This document shows positions 47,455 to 58,282 of a DNA stretch of 64,000 bases, one piece after another. Location: positions 3,281 through 67,280 of IMG/VR virus record IMGVR_UViG_3300037067_011362, one strand, 5' to 3'. The stretch's first letter is position 1. Each line of letters opens with the position of its first letter. Under the pieces are notes generated by a model that saw nothing but the letters and a program-made list of their open reading frames with translations, ran no database searches and was not told where the DNA came from. A program made the translations under genes and the position numbers. The stretch is from a virus. Taxonomy: Duplodnaviria; Caudoviricetes.

Positions 47455-48617
47455 AGATCGAACTGGACGACCAGATCCTGAATCACCCGAAGTTCATCCG
47501 GGCGGTAGCCAAGGGTGGGAGCGCGGTGGTGCACCTGTGGTTGGGGCTCCGTGCCTACTGCTCCCAGCAGCTTTCGGACGGCTTCATTCCCGACGACATG
47601 ATGAGCGAGATCCGCGGCCCAACGGACAGTCGATCAAGAATCAGGGCAACAAACTGTCTAGCCGAGTGTAATCTCCTGCATAGAGCCGACACGGGTTGGT
47701 ATCTACACGACTACCTCGACCACTCTAGCTCCCGTGACCAGGTGATTGCCTGGAGAGAGTCAAACCGCAACAGAAAGCGGCAAAACCGGGGTGTGTCACA
47801 GCGTGACGGCAAGCGTGACACCACCCGTGACGGCAGGTGTGACGGCAAGCGTGACACCACTGTGACTACAAGCGGTGTCCCCACGCCTTCTTATTCTCTG
47901 ATCTCTGATCTTCCCCTCAGGGGAAGAGAAGAAAACACGCGCGAGCCAACGGCCACCGAGCAACCGAAGTCACCTGAGCAGATCCGGCAGCGGCAGCAAG
48001 TTGCTTTGGGCACCGCAGAGCCTAGACGGGACTCAGATGAGCCTAAGGAACCAACCCCGCACCAGAGTGGCCCCCCCCCTACCAAAACGAAGCCACAGGT
48101 CGAATCTGTGCCACGACGGGGCATCCTGGTCATACCCGACGCCCCCACCGTTAGGCGCCCAACCGAGGCCCAGCTCGAAGCCGTTGGTAAGCCGCTCACG
48201 GATCGAGCCCGTGAGGTCCAAAATCACCAGGGGGATCCGACTTGGCTGTCGATGCTCACCCCACAGTGCTGGCCGGAGCTCATCGAGGCGGCTGAGCTAT
48301 TCCACCGGACCTGGGGTCTGGCTAGGCCAATCCTCGGAAACTACACGCGTGACAAGGGAGTCCAGGCCATGGTCGAGCTCTACTCGGCAGGTGTGGACCA
48401 GGAGACGCTACTCGGGGCCATCAGGGCTAGCCGTGGTGACGCGTGGTTCGCCAAGCAAGCGAACCAATCCAGGGTGGGACTAACCATGCTCACTCCCGAG
48501 GTGGTTCGTCGACTAGTGCCTAAGCCGTCCGATGCGGCGTGGGAGGCAGAGCTAGAGAAACTTGCGGCGTCGGCTGCTGCATCACGGAAGAAATTGGAGG
48601 GACAGCGCCATGCCTGA
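47451..48617 (+). CDS. Replication initiator (lambda O / replisome-organizer-like)
   Basis: IELDD...NHPK N-terminus, LHDYLDH motif, internal iteron-like repeats. Confidence 0.75.
   Translation: MKIELDDQILNHPKFIRAVAKGGSAVVHLWLGLRAYCSQQLSDGFIPDDMMSEIRGPTDSRSRIRATNCLAECNLLHRADTGWYLHDYLDHSSSRDQVIAWRESNRNRKRQNRGVSQRDGKRDTTRDGRCDGKRDTTVTTSGVPTPSYSLISDLPLRGREENTREPTATEQPKSPEQIRQRQQVALGTAEPRRDSDEPKEPTPHQSGPPPTKTKPQVESVPRRGILVIPDAPTVRRPTEAQLEAVGKPLTDRAREVQNHQGDPTWLSMLTPQCWPELIEAAELFHRTWGLARPILGNYTRDKGVQAMVELYSAGVDQETLLGAIRASRGDAWFAKQANQSRVGLTMLTPEVVRRLVPKPSDAAWEAELEKLAASAAASRKKLEGQRHA
47795..47866. repeat. Iteron-like repeats / putative replication origin
   Basis: GTGAC at 47803, 47815, 47827, 47839, 47851 and 47862, plus inverted GTCAC at 47795. 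Confidence 0.75.
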
Positions 48618-50847
48618 AGAGCACCCGAGTCTAGACGTCCACACGGACCAAAACGCAAAAGACTGGGCGGATTGGGTCGATCGAAACTACCCGTTCGACG
48701 CCGAGTGCCGAAACCCAGGGACGAGAGTGCTGAGCGTACTGGGTCTCGAAAAGTTACGGTACGTCGAGACCAGATACCTGGCTGCCATCTTGGCTCGTCT
48801 GTACTTCGTGTCAGAGCGAGACTCCGATGAAATAGTCAGGGATAAACAACAAGAGCAAGCCGCGAAGGTAGTTGAACGTCGTAAGGCCAGGATCGCTCTC
48901 GTGCAGGCATGTCTAGACCGGAAGCACGGTGACGAGATGCAGGGACTAGCCCAGCGCTTGGTTGGATTCGATCCGCACCAAGCCAATGGCCTGGTTCTGT
49001 GGGATTTCGAACGCCACTTTCACTGGATGCGAGCCAGGGCAAATGGTATCACCGTACCGTCGAAGCTTCGACCGGTACACGAGATCGTGCAGAACCAAAA
49101 AATGATCGAACAGAGGGATGACCTTTTTGCTTCCCTCGACAACGACGTCTACGAAGATCGGAGCTACGGATGACCCCCTCCTACAACCGATCTCGCCCCA
49201 ATCAACCGGCGTGCGACACCCCAAGCCATGGTTACGTCCAGCGCTATCACCGGAAGGCCCCAAACTCCGCAGCGTCGACCGGTGAGAAAATCAGGCGCCG
49301 ACCTGACGGGACTCGACTCAACAACCACGATCCGGTGCCTAGAGTCAAAGGTGAAGACGCGCGGCTCAGGTGCGGGGGATGCATGAGTCTAGAGACCCAG
49401 ATGGGTGACGATGGCACCATGAGCTGGAAGTGTGGATGGTACGGCGACACGATCACGATCGTGGGTACACGCAAAATGCGGTGTCCAGAGTGTTTGGAAC
49501 TAGGCCAATGAGGAATTTATGGAGTTCATTCGAGTTGCGTACCAGCTTCACGCGCAAGGGGATTGGGACAAAACCGTCAACAGCTGCGAAGGGATGAAAT
49601 AGTGAGCGGCCAATACGTCTACGTAATGGGAAGACAATGCGGCAAAACAGAGGATATGTGCCGGGATCTTGCACGTCACATTATGACTTGCGGTTCGCCG
49701 AGATTTTCAAAAGTGTGGTTCAACGAGTGGAAGGAAGAAATCGATAGTATGACCAACCCAAAGCCAGACCTTGAGAAGTTCGACCCGAGCGAGTGGGAAT
49801 GCCCAGGCAGGGAGGGCACATTTGATTCAACCAAGGCGGCGGTTCAGTGCATGATTGACGGATATCCGGTGTGGTCCAGAACCCGCGGGTTCTGGTTCGC
49901 GTTGATTGGTGAAAGATTCTGTTCGTGGAATTATGTGTCCAAGGGGTGGGATAGCAATTCGATACAGAGTCAGAATCAGTGGCTCATCGCCGTACACAAA
50001 CCCAAGCCAGAACCGAAGCCGGCGACCTCCGATGAAATACTTAACGCACTCAAGTGCGGGAAGACCGTTGTGGATGCGGATGGTTGTCAGGTTGATCTTT
50101 TCTGGAAGGACACCCCTCATGACAACTGGGTGCGCAATGTCTGTTTCCCTCTCACCATCAAGCCAACCCCCAAACCTCGCCGCAGGGTCACCCGCGAAGA
50201 GGCCATCGTTGCGATGGTGAAGGATCAAGCGCAGCATGTGTGGAGCGCTAATGGTAGCGAATACCGATGGGATATTCCGTGCTGCTCTATGCAGGTCCAC
50301 TGCAGTATGCGCCACTGTTGGGTAGGAACGTTCAGTGTTCCAGACCATCTCTACCTCGACCCGCCGGAGGGGAAAACGTGAGCAAGCGCAAGATTCTGGA
50401 GCGCCGCTTTCTGGAAGCAAAGATCAGGGAGGCACAAGGGAGAATTGGACACATTTCGGCAGCGGAACAAGCCGAAATGTTGGCATCAGTAACGGCCGAG
50501 TGCGAGGGCGGTCCATTTGAGAGAACGGGAGACATGATCAAGGCGACGCTCAACTCGAAGGACCCGTTGCGCGGGATCATTGCTCCGTTTCTCAAGAAGC
50601 TATTGGAGCAGATGGGAGAGGAGGGATAATGGACGAATTAATCAAACACGACTTCACAAGCCATCCGGTTGTCACTGGGGTGAGGGAGATTCCTTACCCG
50701 TGTGAACCTTCCCCTGTCGAGACAACAACCGGAACCTACGAGCCATTCGCGGAAGGCGTAGAGGTTATCAATCCAGGCGACGGCACGTGGGAGTCGGAAA
50801 TTGCCAGGACTATCGCCAGAATGATTGAAGAGGGCCCGTTCGGGTGA
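48610..50847 (+). CDS. Run of hypothetical genes (48610..49173, 49170..49511, ~49563..50381, 50378..50629, 50629..50847)
   Basis: Mostly coupled, co-oriented ORFs after the initiator. Confidence 0.55.
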
Positions 50848-51201
50848 CCTGGAAGGTTGAGATGGCCAAGCGAGTCCCCCGCTTTACGGAGGACGCGACA
50901 GGTCAACGCGATTCAAAGGCCTGAGGTTCGTCCCGTCTAGCACCAAGATGATCCCAGAGATCGTATTCAAATTGGAAATCGCTAAAGCGTCACGAAAGGC
51001 GATGTTTAGTGGGTTTTGTCTTGGAATCTCGTTAGTTGAAATTTACTTCTTAGTGAAGTGGGTGTGGCCGTGACGTTTGATGGTGGACAATATGACCAGT
51101 TTGAACCACCAAATAGCCGAACGCCCCGGTGGTTGGCCAGGGCGTCCGTGGGCTGTCTTTGTGGGGGGACGAAAGGACGAGCAGAAGGAGCGTGAACGAA
51201 C

Positions 51202-52424
51202 TTGACCAGAAGAGCAAGCAGAAACGGCGCCCCCCATTGCGACGAGCTCGCGTGGTTCCTCCTAGAGTCCCCCTCGATCCTCGGTGAGCGCTCGTCGCAC
51301 CCGAGCCTGATTGCGTCAATCGAACGCGGAGCAACTAGCGGATGCAAAGGAACAGCCGGAGTCGGTCGAGCCCACGACGACCCATTCCCGCTGAACGAGT
51401 TCGAATCTATGCGGATGGTTCGAAGAGCCACCAAGTGCCTTAGGTCTTGGGCTGAGGTGTCCTACGCCCACCGTATCCACGCGGTCTCGATCTACCGGTT
51501 GGAGCCGTCGAAGCTACCGGTTGGGCTCCATGGGCGACTCGGGGATCTGTCGGGGCTGGCTCTCATGCTGGCGGATGAGATTGGACAGACAACGGAACTA
51601 ATCCAGGCTATCCCCAGGTGGTCCACCTCGGGGACGAAGTGGCAGCGAATGGCAGAGGTCGCCTCCAGGTGCGCCCATGAGGACTGGTGGGACTGCCGGG
51701 TGAGGGTGGATCGGGAGGAGCGGAGTCATCGTACCGGATTCGAAGGGGGGCCGTTCTGATGGCCATCAAGACGGTCCAGGTGAACCAGGTGCTCAGGCTT
51801 ACCATTGCCCAGGCGGCAGAAGCGATGGGGCTAAGCCGGCGGCAGGCTCGTCGAAGGCTCCACGAGTTGCACCAGGCGCACCAGTCAGCTGGTATTCTTC
51901 ACCGGCTTCCAGGGGCCCGTGGCTGGGAGGTATCACCGCGCGGTCTTGGGCTGGTCCTGTCCGGGGAGCTCGAAGCTAGGGCCGAGGAGGTAGCCCAGCG
52001 GGTAACCTTCCTAGAGTCGGACATGAGGTCGGTTCAGTACCGAATCGGACGCCTTGAAGACTCGACAAATCCGCAGAAAACAAGCCGAAGGAGCATCACC
52101 ATTGGCTGAATTAGCGGTCATAGCGGCCATTTCCAGCAGCATATCATATGGGGCTGGGGGGAACCGTCAGGGAGGGGGGCGGGCTGGGCCTGTATGCGGT
52201 AGGATCGGCAGGTGAGACTCACCAGACCGACGGAACCAAGCTTCAGACTGGAGCTCAGCATCCAGTGCCAGTGTGTCTGGTGCCACTGCGAGAGGGACGT
52301 ACCCAAAGGGGCACAGCTGACGGTAAGCGACCCGAAGGCCCTGACCTACTACGTTGTGCTCCCGGAGCCCTGCGACCAGTGCGGGGAGACGAGGGTGAGA
52401 GTCAAGGTTGGGATGGGATTCTGA
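51202..52424 (+). CDS. Putative late regulators: 51202..51759, HTH protein 51759..52109, small Zn-binding 52212..52424
   Basis: LTIAQAAEAMGLSRRQARRRL HTH; CQCVWCHC...CDQC. Confidence 0.55.
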
Positions 52425-52443
52425 GGCTGGTCTCGGAGGGAAC

Positions 52444-53142
52444 GTGAGCAAAAAAGCGAAACTCCAAGAGGCTGAAAATGTGCCTGTTGGTGAAAATGAT
52501 CCGGACCCGCGCACGAACGAGCCGGCGGCCGAGTGGTTTCTGATTGATCAGCTTCCAGAGTGGAACAACAACCCTCGGGACAGCGATAAGTCAGCCCCGG
52601 CGATCGCCAACTCCGTCATTCGGCTGGGGTGGGGAGATCCTCTTTTGGGGTGGATCGGCCCAGAGGGACAACGTAGGCTAATTGCTGGCCACGGGCGCAA
52701 GAAGGCAGTCGCCATCCTGCTCCGCAAGTGGCACGCGGCATCAGTCAAGCAGCGGGAGAAGTGGCACCCGGGGGCCGTAAGGGTAATGGAGACCGGACTG
52801 GTTCCGGTGCGCTTCAGGTCGGACCTGTCAGAGCATGAGGCGAATCTTCTGGCTCTGGCCGATAACGAGACCAACCGGATCGCTCCGTGGATCAAGTCGG
52901 CCCTAAATGGCGTGCTGGATGGATTCAGTCTCGAAGACCAGGCAATCGCTGGATTCACTCCAGACGAGGACAAGAGCGAAGCTTCCGAGATCGAGGAGCT
53001 GGATCTATCCGACGCCAAAGCTGAATTCTACATGAGCGTCTCTGGTCCGCTCGAAGGGATGCTGCGGACGGTCCAGCTGCTACGCGAGCACCTGTCCAAG
53101 ATCCAGGGGGTCACTGTTGATGTGACCACTACGGAGGTCTAG
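52444..53142 (+). CDS. ParB-like N-terminal domain protein
   Basis: NNPR...IANSVIRLGWGDP...LIAGHGRKKA...LALADNETNRIAPW. Confidence 0.85.
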   Translation: MSKKAKLQEAENVPVGENDPDPRTNEPAAEWFLIDQLPEWNNNPRDSDKSAPAIANSVIRLGWGDPLLGWIGPEGQRRLIAGHGRKKAVAILLRKWHAASVKQREKWHPGAVRVMETGLVPVRFRSDLSEHEANLLALADNETNRIAPWIKSALNGVLDGFSLEDQAIAGFTPDEDKSEASEIEELDLSDAKAEFYMSVSGPLEGMLRTVQLLREHLSKIQGVTVDVTTTEV

Positions 53143-53763
53143 GTGACCAAGGTATTCAGCGCGACAGCCGCGCACGACAAGAAGATCGAGATCCGAAGAA
53201 CCATCTTGAAACAGGTGGGGGCGGCACGGGTCTTCGAGGGCTTCACCGGACTGGGAGAAATGTGGCAAGGGGCATGGGCGGACGCCGAGAGCCACACGGG
53301 ATGCGACTTGCGCCCACTCACTCTCGATGAGCCAATGCCGCGTATGTGCTGCGACAACCGGCTAGCCCTCAGGTGCTTGGACCTGCAGAAATTCAACGTC
53401 TTTGACTTCGACGCCTTCGGATCCCCTTGGAACCAATGCTTGATTCTTGCCTCACGACGCAAGTGGGCCAAGGGCGAACGCGGCGGGCTAGTCCTCACTG
53501 ACGGCTGCTCGATGAAAATCCGCTTTGGTGAGCTTCCTCACTCAATGGCAAAGCTCATCGGGTGCTACCCAAAGGTCCCAGCTCTGACGTCAGTTGCCGA
53601 GAAGTTCCAGCGGCTCGCTCTGCTTGGTTTCGCAAAGCGAGCCGGGGTCAAGATCGTGAAGGCGTGGCAGTTTGACGGGAACGGGAGCGGACGAGGGGGT
53701 CAGCGAATGACCTACTCCGCTGCGATACTTGAGGGTCTAGGCGGCCCCAACGGCGTCCAGTAG
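53143..53763 (+). CDS. SAM-dependent methyltransferase-fold protein (TcmP-like partner)
   Basis: FEGFTGLG motif I, FDFDAFGSP motif IV, LVLTDG. Confidence 0.65.
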   Translation: MTKVFSATAAHDKKIEIRRTILKQVGAARVFEGFTGLGEMWQGAWADAESHTGCDLRPLTLDEPMPRMCCDNRLALRCLDLQKFNVFDFDAFGSPWNQCLILASRRKWAKGERGGLVLTDGCSMKIRFGELPHSMAKLIGCYPKVPALTSVAEKFQRLALLGFAKRAGVKIVKAWQFDGNGSGRGGQRMTYSAAILEGLGGPNGVQ

Positions 53764-54558
53764 CTTGTGCTGGTATCCGGTTGGCATCGCCCCGGCCCGA
53801 GTCGGCATCTCGTCCCAGGTTCTACCGTCAAGGAGACGCCCGGATGATGTGGGTCGGCTACCGCCGAATTGCTTGAAAAAGAATGGTACTCCCGCAGCGT
53901 TGGACTGATCGCGCACTCCGCGAACCCAGTCCGCATGCTCAGGATGTGGCTCCCACTTCCCCTTCGGGTTCTTGCGGGCAAGGCCACGGGCGTCGGCAAT
54001 GGTCGGGTCCATCATGTGAGATCCGGACTCCCCGCCAACAATCACCCAGTGGATCCCGGTGAGATCAAGGGTAACCGGGCCAAGCAAAGGCTCAACCGAC
54101 AGGTAGCGCACGTGGGCCTTGACGCGTCGCAGTGTTTCAATACGGTGCGCGGTGAGCTGATGCTCAACCGTCACCCCGAGCCACATGCAGTCGGGTACGC
54201 GACGGGTCGAAAAATACCGCTCAGCAACCTCCGGGCGCTTCGTGAGTACCTGGTAGCGGTGCTGCGGGGCAGCCTTCATGGCCTCGATAATACGGTCCCG
54301 GTACTCGTCCGGGATCTTCTCGTGGAACATGTCGGTCATTGAGTTCGTGAAGATTAGGCTAGGACGCTTCACTTTAGATGGCTCTCCCAGTTTGTGTGGC
54401 TTGCACACGATGTCGAAACCGACAGGAAATGCGAGGGTTCCTCGCTTGTTCTCGGCCAGATTTTCGGCGTAGCAGTATTTGCACCCGGCACTAATTTTGG
54501 TGCAGCCAGACGCGGGGTTCCAGGTGAGCTCGGTCCACAGGATTTCGGTTTCGTTCAT
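53737..54558 (-). CDS. DUF5131 (phage Gp37/Gp68) radical-SAM-like protein
   Basis: TWNPASGCTKISAGCKYCYAE, NSMTDMFH, LTKRP, SVEPLLG, WVIVGGESG, FFFKQFGG. GGAGG RBS before ATG 54558. Confidence 0.93.
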   Translation of the reverse strand: MNETEILWTELTWNPASGCTKISAGCKYCYAENLAENKRGTLAFPVGFDIVCKPHKLGEPSKVKRPSLIFTNSMTDMFHEKIPDEYRDRIIEAMKAAPQHRYQVLTKRPEVAERYFSTRRVPDCMWLGVTVEHQLTAHRIETLRRVKAHVRYLSVEPLLGPVTLDLTGIHWVIVGGESGSHMMDPTIADARGLARKNPKGKWEPHPEHADWVRGVRDQSNAAGVPFFFKQFGGSRPTSSGRLLDGRTWDEMPTRAGAMPTGYQHKLLDAVGAA

Positions 54559-54698
54559 TGGTTCAACCTCCAAGCTAAGTGTGGTCTCAACTACCCGACT
54601 TTACTAGGTTTTTTAGTTCCAGGTGTAAGCTGGCCATATCAGAGCCAATTCATGGATCAGCAGCAGGAAACCGGGCCTTGGCCCGTTGATAAATCGAC

Positions 54699-55181
54699 AT
54701 GGCAGGCGACACTAGGGGGCGAAAACCCAAGCTAACCAAGGAGACCCGAGCGGGACTTCTTGCGTTGTTGGAGGCTGGCGTACCTCGCGAGGTGGCTTGC
54801 TCTGGGGTTGGGATCGATTCTCGCACTCTTCGGATCTGGATGACTCGCGCGCGCGCCGGTGAGGCCCGCTTCGTCGAGTTCTCCGATCTGGTCGAGCAAG
54901 CTCAAGCGAAGGCCCAATCATCGATGCTGGCCACCATAAACAGGGCCGGAAAGCGCGACTGGAAGGCGATGGCTTGGCTACTCGAGAGATGCTTCTCCGA
55001 GCGATACGGCTACAAGTCGCAGGTCAAGATTTCGGTAGAAGCAGAGCTGGAGAAGATGCTTGACGTGGCCCAGAATGTTCTCGGAGCAGAAGCGGCCTCC
55101 AAACTCTTCGATGCATTTGCTGGCGCAGCTTGCGGCGAAGCGATCGAAGAAGCTTCGGGAGCAAGCCCGAGACTCAACTAG
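54699..55181 (+). CDS. terS: Terminase small subunit
   Basis: GRKPKLT..HTH..DWKAMAWLLER; directly upstream of terL. Confidence 0.85.
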   Translation: MAGDTRGRKPKLTKETRAGLLALLEAGVPREVACSGVGIDSRTLRIWMTRARAGEARFVEFSDLVEQAQAKAQSSMLATINRAGKRDWKAMAWLLERCFSERYGYKSQVKISVEAELEKMLDVAQNVLGAEAASKLFDAFAGAACGEAIEEASGASPRLN

Positions 55182-56643
55182 GGTAACCGAGAGCCCTCCG
55201 GCTCCCACCTTCCAGGCCTTCTGTGTCCGCCTGAATGTCAATCTCAGCGACGCCCAGCGGGTGCTCACGACGGTTGCGTTCGACGGAATTGACCCGGTAG
55301 ATCTGCCGGACCACGACCGCTCAATCGCTTCGGAGCTCTTCGGAGGCGTCGAGCGGTTTGATTCGGTGAAGCGGGCGGTCCTGGTGGCCGTCTGTGGAGC
55401 CCGAGGAGGTAAGACCTATATCCTCTCGGCGCTCTACTCGCTTTGGCGGGCCTTGTACGCAGACCTGTCTACGATGGCCCCTGGAGAGGTCGCGGTTGCC
55501 CTCGTGGTGGCCCCAGACCTTGGGCTCGCCCACCAGACCCTATCCTACGCCAAAGGTGCTGTAGCGGCAGACCAAGAACTCTCTGGGTTGGTCACCGCCG
55601 ACAACGCCGACTCACTGGCGCTTCGAAGGCCAGACGGTCACACGGTCTCGATTCTCTGTCGAGCCGCTGGACGTGGTGGCGCTGGGCTTCGCGGTAAGTC
55701 GCTCGTTTCGGCAGTGCTGGACGAGTGCGCGTTCTTCCGAGATCGGTCCTTTGTTGTAAACGACAAGGACGTTTTCGATGCAGTTTCTCCCCGGGTACTC
55801 CCCGGTGGTCTCGTAGTCATCGCCTCAACCCCATGGGCTGAGGCGGGGCTACTGTTCGACGAGTTTACGCTCAACTTCGGGCATCCGGTCACCGCAATGG
55901 CGGTTACGGCGCCCACCTTGCTCATGCTGCCAACGCAGCGGAACAAGGACGCGGTGGCTCGTGAGGAAGCCCGCGACCCAGACAATGCGCTCCGTGAGTT
56001 CGGTGCGCAGTTCATGGCGGCTGGGGCCGGCACATTCTTCGACCGTGATTGCTGCGTGGTGGATGAGGAGTACGAGCCCAGAACTAATGCCCCGTCGGAT
56101 GCGACGGTGGGGGTTGGGGGCGATCTAGCCCTGGTTCGAGATGCGGCCGCGGTGGTCGTGATCCACGAGCAAGACGGAGAATACTACGTCGCTGAGATTG
56201 TGGAGAAAAACCCGAAAAAGGGCCAGCCACTCAAGCTATCGGAGGTGGTCAAAGAATTCGCCGAGGTGGCCATTCGTCACCGGTCATGCGAGATCGAGGT
56301 CGACCACCACGAATACGAAGCCGCCAAGGAACATCTACCGAGTGGAGTTGACCTAGTGGCGTGCGACGGTGGGCAACAAGCCAAGGCCGACACCTACACC
56401 AAGTTTCGGGACATCCTCCACAACCGAAAGCTTCATATTCCTCCGCAGTTCCAGCGACTGACGAACCAGTTGCGGGACGTAACGAAGCGCCCAGTTTCTG
56501 GAGGAGGCCTTCGGATCTTCTCCCCCCACCGCAACAACACCCACGGGGATCTCGTGAGTGCAGCGGTGCTGGCGCTAGACATGATTTCTGAAGGGGCGTC
56601 GGAGGGCTACACCTCCGCAACAGCCCCGAGCCGCGGCCGATAG
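55111..56643 (+). CDS. terL: Terminase large subunit
   Basis: CGARGGKT Walker A, VLDECAF Walker B, ASTPW, GGDLA nuclease Asp, HGDLVSA. Confidence 0.93.
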   Translation: MHLLAQLAAKRSKKLREQARDSTRVTESPPAPTFQAFCVRLNVNLSDAQRVLTTVAFDGIDPVDLPDHDRSIASELFGGVERFDSVKRAVLVAVCGARGGKTYILSALYSLWRALYADLSTMAPGEVAVALVVAPDLGLAHQTLSYAKGAVAADQELSGLVTADNADSLALRRPDGHTVSILCRAAGRGGAGLRGKSLVSAVLDECAFFRDRSFVVNDKDVFDAVSPRVLPGGLVVIASTPWAEAGLLFDEFTLNFGHPVTAMAVTAPTLLMLPTQRNKDAVAREEARDPDNALREFGAQFMAAGAGTFFDRDCCVVDEEYEPRTNAPSDATVGVGGDLALVRDAAAVVVIHEQDGEYYVAEIVEKNPKKGQPLKLSEVVKEFAEVAIRHRSCEIEVDHHEYEAAKEHLPSGVDLVACDGGQQAKADTYTKFRDILHNRKLHIPPQFQRLTNQLRDVTKRPVSGGGLRIFSPHRNNTHGDLVSAAVLALDMISEGASEGYTSATAPSRGR

Positions 56644-56651
56644 ATTGAAGC

Positions 56652-58280
56652 ATGGCGAAACCCAAAACGACACCAACCCAGCCAAATGACGCTGGGGCGG
56701 TGGTGCGTCTTGAGCCTCGCGCTGCGACGATTCTGCAGTGGGATCCGGGCAAGCTTACCCTAGCGCGTCAACGCGCGTCATACGGCGACTTCTCGCTATT
56801 CTCCGATCTTTGCGAGGCTATGATGCCCGACGATCGGGTATCGAAGTGCCTCGAGACTCTCTACTCGGCTACCACGCTTCCGCTGACGTTTCTTCTGCCA
56901 GGCAAGGACTCAAAGGAGTCAGCAAACGACCCCTGTGTCCAGGCCCTCGATGGCGACTGGTGGAAGATGCTTCCGGAGCAGAAGTTCCGCACGGTTGTCG
57001 CGTGGATCGGCCTGGCCAATGCCTGCCTGTGCCACATTGATGGCTGGGAACTAGACGAGGAAACCGGGCGCCGCATTCCAGTGATCACCGTGTGGTCACT
57101 GCGTCATTTGCGCGCGGACCAACAGAAGGGTCTCACGGTCCGATACGCGTCCAACTCGACGGATTCTTGGGGAGTTGAAGAGCAGATCGTACCCGGTGAC
57201 GGGAATTGGGTTCTCCTGCTAGCTGGCGACTCGTGGAAATGCATCGCTCAGGCTCGCGGCCACCAAGTCGCGATGTTCTGGCTGCTCAAGCAATACGCGA
57301 TCGTCGACTGGGCCCTCTCATCTGAGCGCCACGGAGGCGGAATCAACGTTGCCAGGTCGACGGGTGAAGGCGCCGATAAGCTCAAGAAACCGGAGCGGAT
57401 CGCCCTTGCCAACGACATGGCTGCGATGGCCCGGAACGGGAACCTGGTTCTCCCCCACGGTTGGATCTACGAGCTCGTAACCGACGACGCCAACAGCTAC
57501 ACCACTTTCGAAGCTCAGATCAAGGTAGCCGACTCCGGAAACGTGATCGGTATCCTCGGGACCAACCTGACCACCGAGGTCACGGGCGGGTCACGGGCGG
57601 CAGCGTCGGTACACGAGAGCGTCGACGCGGGGCGCATGCGCGGGCTCTTGGAGCTACTAGCAACGGGTTTCCGCCAGCAGGTCCTAGTCTACTGGGCGCG
57701 CTACAACGGCGCGGCCTGGATTGCCCCTTACTCCAAGTGGGATACGACTCCGCCGACCGACAAAAAAGGCCAATCTGAGGCACGTAAGGCTGACGCGGAA
57801 GCCCTTCTAAAGTACCGAGAAGCTGGCCTGCAGCTTAACCAAAAAGCCTGGGTCGAAGGGCGCGTTGAGCTTCTCAAAACGGCAACGGACGAGTTTCCCG
57901 CCTTCGAGCGAGCGGCTAGCCCAACCACTGGACTCGGAACGGGAGCGGCAGCTAAAGCGGCTCTGGCGAGGGCTAGGGCACGATCTGAGGCTAGGCCAGA
58001 AGGCGAAGTGAGTGACGCTCTATCCCGAGGTAAGGCCTACGTCGACGACGTGGAGGATAGCCTGCGCGGATCGGCAGCTAAAACCCTTGCCCCTACCCTA
58101 GCCGGAATTCTATCGGCCATCGAAGACTCGGAGGACTTCGACGACGCAAAGGCGCGGATGTTCGCTCTCTACAAAGAGGAACTTCCACCATCGAAGCTGC
58201 TCAAACTTACCGAAGCGGCGCTCATTATGACCCAATTAGCTGGGCGCGAAAGCATCGAGCAAGAACTCGAAGAGGATTAG
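56652..58280 (+). CDS. Portal protein (Mu gp29 / DUF935-like)
   Basis: Follows terL; ILGTNLTTE..GGSRAAASVHE motif. Confidence 0.88.
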   Translation: MAKPKTTPTQPNDAGAVVRLEPRAATILQWDPGKLTLARQRASYGDFSLFSDLCEAMMPDDRVSKCLETLYSATTLPLTFLLPGKDSKESANDPCVQALDGDWWKMLPEQKFRTVVAWIGLANACLCHIDGWELDEETGRRIPVITVWSLRHLRADQQKGLTVRYASNSTDSWGVEEQIVPGDGNWVLLLAGDSWKCIAQARGHQVAMFWLLKQYAIVDWALSSERHGGGINVARSTGEGADKLKKPERIALANDMAAMARNGNLVLPHGWIYELVTDDANSYTTFEAQIKVADSGNVIGILGTNLTTEVTGGSRAAASVHESVDAGRMRGLLELLATGFRQQVLVYWARYNGAAWIAPYSKWDTTPPTDKKGQSEARKADAEALLKYREAGLQLNQKAWVEGRVELLKTATDEFPAFERAASPTTGLGTGAAAKAALARARARSEARPEGEVSDALSRGKAYVDDVEDSLRGSAAKTLAPTLAGILSAIEDSEDFDDAKARMFALYKEELPPSKLLKLTEAALIMTQLAGRESIEQELEED

Positions 58281-58282
58281 CC

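Noticed and set aside
50848-51200. Non-coding RNA or array in the AT-richer gap
   Set aside because: No repeats or recognisable RNA family; more likely a promoter region. A covariance-model search would be needed to say more.
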